Assembly: GCA_965261345.1 (NCBI GenBank)
Contig: OZ253449.1
Location: 384,001 to 448,000 of the forward strand
Reading direction: 5' to 3'
Source: Chloroflexota bacterium
Lineage (GTDB): Bacteria > Chloroflexota > UBA11872 > VXNJ01
DNA length: 64,000 nt
The position numbers and the translations under genes are program-made. Within the stretch, counting starts at the first letter, position 1. Every line of letters begins with the position of its first letter. The notes under the pieces are model-generated. The model made no database searches, was not told the DNA's origin, and was given only the letters and a program-made list of their open reading frames with translations. Shown piece after piece: positions 1-7,140 of the stretch.

Positions 1-1
1 A

Positions 2-490
2 ATTGGCCCCACCCTGGAGCGCACCGGACTATCCGACCTGTCCATCCGCGGCACGGGCCAGAGCGTGCTGGTACAACGCCAAGACGTTGGATCGGCGGGG
101 TCGACGGATTTTGAACAGGTCACCCGCACCGCCGCCAGCGAAGGCCAACTGCAGGACCTGCATTTCGCCTTCCGGGCGGTCAAGCACGTTAAGTCCAACG
201 CCATCGTGATCGCCAGCGGCGGCGCCCTGGTTGGCGTCGGGGCTGGACAGATGAGCCGGGTCCGGGCGGTTGAACTGGCAGTTTCCCAATCCGGCTCGCG
301 GGCCCGTGGTGCGGTGCTGGCCTCCGACGCGTTCTTTCCGTTTGCCGACGGGGCCGAGATCGCCCTGCGGGCCGGCGTATCCGCCATCGTCCAACCCGGC
401 GGGTCCAAGCGCGACGGCGAGGTCGTCGCCGCCTGCGACGCGGCCGGCGCGGCTATGGTGTTTTCCGGTCGCCGACATTTCCGGCATTAA
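2..490 (+). CDS. purH: Bifunctional AICAR transformylase/IMP cyclohydrolase, C-terminal part (5' end outside window)
   Basis: KHVKSNAIV, GAGQMSRV, ASDAFFPF, IVQPGGS and terminal RHFRH motifs; frame open to the window edge. Confidence 0.95.
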   Translation: MGPTLERTGLSDLSIRGTGQSVLVQRQDVGSAGSTDFEQVTRTAASEGQLQDLHFAFRAVKHVKSNAIVIASGGALVGVGAGQMSRVRAVELAVSQSGSRARGAVLASDAFFPFADGAEIALRAGVSAIVQPGGSKRDGEVVAACDAAGAAMVFSGRRHFRH

Positions 491-1899
491 TGGAACTGAG
501 TTGCGAAGCGTTGCCTGATCCGACCTTATGCCAATTGAGCGCTAGCGCCCTGCGGCAGGCGTTTCTGGACCGTTCCCTGGGGCCGGTCGAGGTGACCAAT
601 GCCTATCTGGATCGCATCGACCGGCTAAACCCGCAGCTCGGAGCCTACCTGCTGGTGACCCGGCGCCGAGCCCTTGGCGATGCCGAAGAGTCGGAGATGC
701 GATACGCCGCCAAGGCCTCGCTGGGCCCGCTTGACGGAGTGCCGCTGGGGCTAAAGGATCTGATCGATACCGCCGGAATCGAGACCACCTACGGCTCGCG
801 GATCCACCGCGGCCGGATTCCGGCCGGCAGCGCCGCGGTCGCCCGATCGCTGCAGGCGGCCGGAACGGTGCTCCTGGGCAAGCTGCATCTCCTCGAGTTC
901 GCCATGGGCGGGGTCACCGACAACGCCTACTTTGGCACCTGCCAGAACCCGTGGTCGCCCGATCATTTCAGCGGCGGTTCCTCGACCGGGTCGGGAGTGG
1001 CGGTGGCCGCCGGGTTGGCCGCACTCGCCCTGGGCACCGACACCTCAGGGTCTATTCGCCAACCGGCCGCATGGTGCAATGTGGTCGGACTAAAACCGAC
1101 CAACGGACTGATCGACCTAAGCGGAATTTTCTCGCTGTCGCCGACCTGTGATACGGTCGGCCCGTTGACGCGAACGGTGGCCGATTGCGCCAACCTGCTC
1201 GCAGGAATGTCAGGTGATTGGTCCACCTATCCCCAGGCCGGGCGGGCGGGCCCGCTGGTTGGAATCAAGCTGGGGCTGCCGATCGATCTGGGCCCGGACG
1301 CGATGACCGATTCGGTCCGGGTCTGCCTGGACCGATCGGTGGAGGCGCTGACCGATCTGGGCGCCCAGATCAAGCCAATCGCACTGGACTTTGGCAGCGA
1401 GCGGGCGGTGACCGCAGCCTACCAGGCAATTACTTTGAGCGAATGTGCGGTTGCCCATGCGGCCTGGTACCCGCATCGCCGCTTCGATTACGCCCCTTAC
1501 ATGCGCGACAACATCACGCGAGGGCTGGCAGTCGATTCCAATCAGAAAACGGCCGCCATGGCCCAGCGCGCCACCTGGGCCCGGATGGCTGACCGCGCGC
1601 TCTGCGGTCTAGACGCGATCATCACCCCTACCATGCCCACGCCGGCGCCGGCCTTTGCCAACGACCACGTCGAAATAGCCGGGCGGGAGATCAGCAGCCT
1701 GCAAATTCGAGGGCGATTTACGATGCCCTGGTCGGTAATCGGCTGGCCCGCGCTCTCGATTCCGGCAGGATTTACAGACGACCAGTTACCGGTTGGATTG
1801 CAGATCGCCGGGCGCCCGCAATCTGAGCCCCGCCTTCTGCAAATTGGCGCCGCCCACGAGTCGGCCACACCTTGGGTTGACCACCGGGCAGACCCCTAG
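490..1899 (+). CDS. Amidase-signature family protein (GatA/AtzE-like)
   Basis: LKD catalytic Lys, GGSSTGS, GTDTSGSIRQPA; TAATG overlap with purH; no gatB/gatC adjacent. Confidence 0.88.
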   Translation: MELSCEALPDPTLCQLSASALRQAFLDRSLGPVEVTNAYLDRIDRLNPQLGAYLLVTRRRALGDAEESEMRYAAKASLGPLDGVPLGLKDLIDTAGIETTYGSRIHRGRIPAGSAAVARSLQAAGTVLLGKLHLLEFAMGGVTDNAYFGTCQNPWSPDHFSGGSSTGSGVAVAAGLAALALGTDTSGSIRQPAAWCNVVGLKPTNGLIDLSGIFSLSPTCDTVGPLTRTVADCANLLAGMSGDWSTYPQAGRAGPLVGIKLGLPIDLGPDAMTDSVRVCLDRSVEALTDLGAQIKPIALDFGSERAVTAAYQAITLSECAVAHAAWYPHRRFDYAPYMRDNITRGLAVDSNQKTAAMAQRATWARMADRALCGLDAIITPTMPTPAPAFANDHVEIAGREISSLQIRGRFTMPWSVIGWPALSIPAGFTDDQLPVGLQIAGRPQSEPRLLQIGAAHESATPWVDHRADP

Positions 1900-2996
1900 C
1901 CGGTCGGTTGCAGGTCCGGCAATCTCAATCCGGGGTTGATGTCCGTGAGTTCGCGGCGCCCACCGCCCAGCTGGGCCGAAATTGCCACCATCGCGCCGTT
2001 GTCGACGCAGTAGCCAAAATCCGGCACAATCAGCGGCACCGGGCTCCGGGCGGCCAACTCGCTGCGCAATGCCCGATTGGCGGCCACCCCGCCGCAAAGC
2101 AGCACCGAGCCGACCGCGAAACGGCGCGCGGCGGCGGTAGTTTTTTCGACCAGCACGTCAATAACGGCTGCCTGAAACCCAGCCGCCATGCGGGTGATCG
2201 CCGATGCTCCTAGGGCGGCAAATTCCGCCGGATCGCCATCCCCAAAAATCTGCCGCCGCTCGGCCGGTCCCAGCTGTCCGGCACCGGCCCGACCGATCGC
2301 GCTCTTAATCCCGGCCAGCGAAAAGTCCCAGCTGCCGGCCAAGCGAGCCCGCGGCAGGTTGAACGGGGGAAATCCCTGATCATGGCACTCGGCAGCCGAT
2401 CGTTCGATCGCCGGTCCGCCCGGGAATCCCAGGCCCATGATCCGGGCCGCCTTGTCGAACGCCTCGCCGACCGCATCGTCACGCGTGCGCCCGAGTGGGC
2501 GGAAAACGGATAAGTCTTCCATGAGGGTCAGTTCGGTATGACCGCCCGAGACCAGCAGGCAGATTGCCGGCAGAACCGGAGTCTGGCCAGGTTGACGATC
2601 GAGCCAACAGGCGTGGGCGTGGGCGGAGAGGTGGTTAACCGCCAGCAATGGAATGCCCAGACCCGCGGCCAGGCCTTGGGCGAAGTTGTAGCCGACCAGC
2701 AGCGATCCGGCCAACCCGGGCCCGTAGGTCGCCGCTACGGCATCAACCGCGCCGAGGGTGCAACCGGCATCGTTAAGTGCCTGTTTGACGACTGGGACGA
2801 TCGAGAGTATATGACGCCGCGAGGCCAGTTCGGGGACGATTCCACCCCATTCGGCGTGCTCATCCACGCTCGACTGGGTTACCAGCGATAGGCAGTGGCC
2901 GTCCCGGACCAGGCCAACCGAGGTGTCATCGCACGATGTTTCGATTCCCAGGACCAGCGACTCCGACGGACTTTTAGTCAACCATCTTCCAGTCAA
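1896..2996 (-). CDS. tsaD: tRNA N6-adenosine threonylcarbamoyltransferase TsaD
   Basis: LGIETSCDDT, GGIVPELASRRH, GPGL, VSGGHT, DDAVGEAFDK, DNGAMV. Confidence 0.96.
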   Translation of the reverse strand: MTGRWLTKSPSESLVLGIETSCDDTSVGLVRDGHCLSLVTQSSVDEHAEWGGIVPELASRRHILSIVPVVKQALNDAGCTLGAVDAVAATYGPGLAGSLLVGYNFAQGLAAGLGIPLLAVNHLSAHAHACWLDRQPGQTPVLPAICLLVSGGHTELTLMEDLSVFRPLGRTRDDAVGEAFDKAARIMGLGFPGGPAIERSAAECHDQGFPPFNLPRARLAGSWDFSLAGIKSAIGRAGAGQLGPAERRQIFGDGDPAEFAALGASAITRMAAGFQAAVIDVLVEKTTAAARRFAVGSVLLCGGVAANRALRSELAARSPVPLIVPDFGYCVDNGAMVAISAQLGGGRRELTDINPGLRLPDLQPTG

Positions 2997-3636
2997 ACTC
3001 CGTAGTTAACTGCACACGGGTGCGGTCCAAGACTTTGGTCATCCGGGGTGAATCGACATCGTCGGACCACATAACGATCGCATCCTCGCGATTGTCGGAA
3101 TAGTAGCTCTTGCGGACCGCTTTCTCGAAAAATCCCATCCGCGCGTAGATCGATTGAGCCCGTCGGTTGGAATGCCTAACCTCAAGCGTCATTCGTCGCG
3201 CCCCCATCCGGCGGCCGCGATCGGCGATGCAGAGCAGGAGCAGGCGGCCCAGGCCCAATCCCTGGTAGTCGGGATCGACGGCAATCGTCGTAATGTGTGC
3301 TTCGTCGGCCAAATACCAGGTACCGGCAAATCCGACCAGGTTGGCCTCATTCCAGTCACCCCGCCCGGCAATGCGCTGAAAAATCCCGCCGATCCCGGAC
3401 GGGGAGCTTGACTGGCCGGGGTTGATTACAGTTCCGCGCAGTCGCAGAACAATGTAGCCGGCCTTGGGAGCGCGCCGCAATTCAGCGTTGAAGGCACCGC
3501 GCGGCCAGGGCGAGTCAAAGCACCGTCGTTCCACGTAACGAACCGACGGAATGTCCTCCGGACGCATCGCATCCACGAACACACCGGACGCCAGGCGGGC
3601 GTCGCCCGAATCGGCGGCGGTGCGGTTGCTAGACAT
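2974..3636 (-). CDS. rimI: Ribosomal-protein-alanine N-acetyltransferase (GNAT)
   Basis: EAHITTIAV, QGLGLG, TLEVR..N, YYSDNREDA; between tsaB and tsaD; start set at ATG 3636, overlapping the tsaB end. Confidence 0.88.
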   Translation of the reverse strand: MSSNRTAADSGDARLASGVFVDAMRPEDIPSVRYVERRCFDSPWPRGAFNAELRRAPKAGYIVLRLRGTVINPGQSSSPSGIGGIFQRIAGRGDWNEANLVGFAGTWYLADEAHITTIAVDPDYQGLGLGRLLLLCIADRGRRMGARRMTLEVRHSNRRAQSIYARMGFFEKAVRKSYYSDNREDAIVMWSDDVDSPRMTKVLDRTRVQLTTEFDWKMVD

Positions 3637-4270
3637 CGGCCGTCGCCGGTTGTCGCCTGGGGCCGAGCGCCGGCGCGGCCACATAGAGCGGCCTGGCACT
3701 ATGGGATTCATCGTCGGATCCGTCCGCCAGACGCCTGGCACCGGCGCGCGCTACCAGCAACGCCGCCGGTTGCGGTAGGGGCAGCGCCAGATCGCGCGGA
3801 TCCTGCCAGATCGAGAGATCCGGCGCTCCGGCAGCGCGCTCGCAGACGAATGGGTCGCCATCGGGCCGCCATTCCGGGCCGTCACATCGGCCTAGTTGGG
3901 CAAAAAGGCGCCGTGCCCCGCCGCTGCTAACGAGCAGCAGCGGCCCAGATCGCGGCACCGCGATCTGGGCCAACGCGGCGAACAAGTCGATGCCGTACAG
4001 GTTGGCGCCGCTGGCCAACCCGATTCCCAGGGCAAACGCCAAACCGGTGCGAATCGCTGAAAACTTACCTGGCCCGACCCCGACCGCGATCGCCGCAATC
4101 GATTCAAGCCGCAGCGGGCCGAGTTCGTCAAGCGCCGGCCGCAGATTGGCCGAGTTGAGATCCACCGATGTGGCCGCAATCGGGTCGGCGGCGGTCGAAC
4201 CAATCAAGCAGAGTCCGAGCCGGTCGAACCCACAATCGATCCCCAGAACCAGGTCGGAGGGCCCGCTCAT
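3629..4270 (-). CDS. tsaB: tRNA threonylcarbamoyladenosine biosynthesis protein TsaB (divergent)
   Basis: LGID N-terminus, VGVGPGKFSAIRTG motif, C-terminal PLY; operon context. Confidence 0.85.
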   Translation of the reverse strand: MSGPSDLVLGIDCGFDRLGLCLIGSTAADPIAATSVDLNSANLRPALDELGPLRLESIAAIAVGVGPGKFSAIRTGLAFALGIGLASGANLYGIDLFAALAQIAVPRSGPLLLVSSGGARRLFAQLGRCDGPEWRPDGDPFVCERAAGAPDLSIWQDPRDLALPLPQPAALLVARAGARRLADGSDDESHSARPLYVAAPALGPRRQPATADV

Positions 4271-4806
4271 GGCCTGCCCAGGGCGAGGCGATCGAGCAAC
4301 GCGCGTCCGCCGTCACTTAGCGGCATGAGGGCAATCTCGCGCCGCCGTGGGCCAAGCACATCAATGAAGACTCGGCAGACTGCGCGATCGGGGAGTTGCG
4401 ACATTAAATTAAGGGTGCTCGCGCCGGGCCATTCAATGGCGATCAGGGCAGGTTCGGTGACCTGCTCGTCGAGCCCATCGTCCTCTAGATCAATTTGGGG
4501 GACCCGGAACAGATCGAGGTGGATCAACGGCAGGCGCCCACCATGATAGGAATTGCACAACACGAAGGTCGGCGACGAGACAGGATCGCCGGTCCCCAGG
4601 CCACGGGCTAACCCCTGGACTAAGACGGTTTTGCCAGCCCCCAATTGGCCGCAGAGCAGCAGAATCGTTCCGGCGGCGGCCGACTCCGCCAGAGCGCGAC
4701 CCAACCGACCGGTGGCGGCCGGGTCGCGGGAAAGCCAGGTCAGCCCACAATCAGTCCTAGACAATGTCAGGTTCTCGATTGCGGGCGCTTGCAGTTTTTG
4801 AGCCAA
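4267..4806 (-). CDS. tsaE: tRNA threonylcarbamoyladenosine biosynthesis ATPase TsaE
   Basis: GQLGAGKT P-loop, VSSPTF, HLDLFR, IEW. Confidence 0.93.
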   Translation of the reverse strand: MAQKLQAPAIENLTLSRTDCGLTWLSRDPAATGRLGRALAESAAAGTILLLCGQLGAGKTVLVQGLARGLGTGDPVSSPTFVLCNSYHGGRLPLIHLDLFRVPQIDLEDDGLDEQVTEPALIAIEWPGASTLNLMSQLPDRAVCRVFIDVLGPRRREIALMPLSDGGRALLDRLALGRP

Positions 4807-4864
4807 TTACAAAATGTTGTCTGGGCGCGTTGAATGTCTCAGCTAATTCTTTGCGCCGGGAAGG

Positions 4865-6154
4865 TTGGATCCTCAATTGTTTGCGATCGGCGCCGCGATT
4901 TTGGTATTTTCGCTGACCGCCGGCTTGGTCCAATCCACCCGGAGGTTTGTTTCCAGAGAGCGCAAACCGGGCCACTACCGGTCGGAACGAGGGCCGGGCG
5001 GTCGCCTGCCACTGGTGGGTGGACCGGCGCTACTGCTCGGGATCGGTGCGGCGGCCTGGGCAGGGGGATCACAGCCCACCTTGGTAGTGCTACTGGCCGG
5101 TCTCGGGTTCTTTGCCAACGGTTTTATCGACGACCTGTGCAAAGCCCGACGGGGCATGGGTATATCGGAAAAAATGAGTCTCTTGGGTGGAGGCCTGGCC
5201 GCAGCTTGGGCGACCGCAGTGCTCCTTTGGGCCGAGCCCGGGGGAGGACCGCTGGGATTGGCACACTGGGTCGACAATCAGATCCTGCTGGCAATCTGGT
5301 ATTTCGGCCTTTGCCTGACGATCGCCATAGCACTGGGATTTTGTGACGGAATGGATGGGCTGGCCCCGGGGCTGGCCCTGCTCGGCTTGATTGCACTGGC
5401 AATCGCCGGCGGCGGCCCCTGGCCGGATTCACCGGCGCTGTTGCTGGCCGGCGGGGCGCTGGGATTCTTTCTGCTCAATCTCCCTTCGGCCGGCGGGACC
5501 CGCCTGGCGAGGGCCTACCTGGGCGACAGCGGTGCCCTGCTGCTGGGCGGTTGCCTGGCGGCCGCGGCGGTTGTTACGGGGTTGGATCTACTACTCCCGA
5601 TCGCCGCCGCGGTGGTGGTGTTGGAAGGCCTGTCGGCCGTTGTCCAGGCCAAATTGCTGGTGCCGCTCTACCGCCGTTCGGCCCGCTTGGGCGGAAGCGA
5701 CCACGCCACACGGCCGTATACACAGTTCCGACTGCCATTCATCGCCACCCCGCTCCATCACCACCTTGAACTCTGCGGACTGGGGCGATTGCGGACGACG
5801 CTCCTGCTGCTTGGCGGCCAGGCCGGCTTCGGCGCCCTCGCGGTCGCGGCCGCCTTGCTGGGAGGGGTGCTGGCCGCGGTCCTGCTGGCGGCGGGGACGG
5901 TCTTGGCGGGTCTGGCGGCGATTGCGATTGCGTCGCTGCGGCCGGCACGGATTCTCGTCGTCAGCGAAGCCCCGGAACCGACCGTAGTGAGCCTGCGGCA
6001 TGGACGCTGGGCCTGGCTCAGCGTTGAGCGCGAGCGTCTGGAACTGGACCCTTCGACCGAGCGCTGGCGCGCATTGCTGGCCGATCGGCCGACGGATCCG
6101 GACCGCTCCGCCCGGGCCTGGACCGCCCTCAAGGACCTGGCCACCAAGCGATGA
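4865..6154 (+). CDS. Divergent MraY-like polyprenyl-phosphate N-acetylhexosamine-1-phosphate transferase (Glycos_transf_4)
   Basis: Multi-TM; GFIDDL, DGMDGL, YLGDSGA, EGLSAVVQ and the MraY-specific PLHHHLEL; extra C-terminal tail. Confidence 0.85.
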   Translation: MDPQLFAIGAAILVFSLTAGLVQSTRRFVSRERKPGHYRSERGPGGRLPLVGGPALLLGIGAAAWAGGSQPTLVVLLAGLGFFANGFIDDLCKARRGMGISEKMSLLGGGLAAAWATAVLLWAEPGGGPLGLAHWVDNQILLAIWYFGLCLTIAIALGFCDGMDGLAPGLALLGLIALAIAGGGPWPDSPALLLAGGALGFFLLNLPSAGGTRLARAYLGDSGALLLGGCLAAAAVVTGLDLLLPIAAAVVVLEGLSAVVQAKLLVPLYRRSARLGGSDHATRPYTQFRLPFIATPLHHHLELCGLGRLRTTLLLLGGQAGFGALAVAAALLGGVLAAVLLAAGTVLAGLAAIAIASLRPARILVVSEAPEPTVVSLRHGRWAWLSVERERLELDPSTERWRALLADRPTDPDRSARAWTALKDLATKR

Positions 6155-7140
6155 CCGACCCGGCCTTTCCTGGCGATGCGCTGCTCTGCGGCCTGCTTGA
6201 GATCTCTGGCCCGTTCGAGCGTTCCTGCCTCACAACCGAGTCACGTCACCATATCGAGCAAATCCGGATTGCCGGTCGTTCCTGGGTGGTCAAAACCTAT
6301 CGGTCCGGCAATGACCGACATTTCGACCACCGCTTTCGACGCGAGGAAAAATTGCTCAGCTTCCTCCATGCCAACGCGCCGGGATTGGCTCCCCGGCCAG
6401 TGGCCGGGGCGATCGTTGCCGGCAACGCCTGCTTGGTAATGGAGCATCTCGGTCCCGGCGCCAGAAACCTGCAGCAGTTGCTCGAGGGCGGGGAACCGCC
6501 CCTCGAACTCGCACGCCAGGCAACCGCTCTGCTCGCTCGATTGCACCGCCTCACCGCCCGTTTCAACAGCCTGCTGGCGGCCTTTTGCCAGAGCATCGTC
6601 TTGGACCGCAACGACCGCGAAACCCTAATTGCCCGCTACCAGATCGCCCACCAGCGCCTGGGAATTAATGCCAGCGAACCCGGCCGCCGGGCATTTCTCG
6701 GACGGGTGATCGATCCACTGCTGGACCGGGCGCAGCTGCCGATCCACAATTCGGCCAACTCCCTCAATTTCATAAGCGGCGGAAAACGGGTGGCAATGAT
6801 CGATTTTGAAACCTTTTCAATTGGCCCGCCCGAATTCGATCTGGCCGAACTGGCGATCGACCCGGTTCTTTTCGCCCAGGTCGGTCTCGGGCGGATCGTA
6901 GCGCTCTATCAGTTCGCTGGCGGCACGGCCGACCGCCGATTTACAGAATTTGTCACCCGCGCCGCGCTGGCCCGTTCGATCGACTTTGCCGGCGCCCAAT
7001 CCCAGCGCGGCCTGCAAGCTCGATCCAGCGGCGACCACTCGGCTGCTCGAAGTCACGCCAATCGGGCCCGCCGCTACCGCCAAATCGCCAGCGCCCTGGC
7101 CACTGATCTGGGTATCTCCGAAGTCGTACCCCAGCCGTGA
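6151..7140 (+). CDS. Aminoglycoside phosphotransferase/choline-kinase-fold protein (possibly a pseudokinase)
   Basis: WVVKTY, LVMEHL, LARLHR, IHNSANSLNF, IDFE..GPPEFDLA; ATGA overlap with the mraY-like gene. Confidence 0.75.
   Translation: MTDPAFPGDALLCGLLEISGPFERSCLTTESRHHIEQIRIAGRSWVVKTYRSGNDRHFDHRFRREEKLLSFLHANAPGLAPRPVAGAIVAGNACLVMEHLGPGARNLQQLLEGGEPPLELARQATALLARLHRLTARFNSLLAAFCQSIVLDRNDRETLIARYQIAHQRLGINASEPGRRAFLGRVIDPLLDRAQLPIHNSANSLNFISGGKRVAMIDFETFSIGPPEFDLAELAIDPVLFAQVGLGRIVALYQFAGGTADRRFTEFVTRAALARSIDFAGAQSQRGLQARSSGDHSAARSHANRARRYRQIASALATDLGISEVVPQP

Noticed and set aside
490-1899. Calling the amidase gatA
   Set aside because: No gatC/gatB adjacent, and the GatA-specific C-terminal features are not evident.
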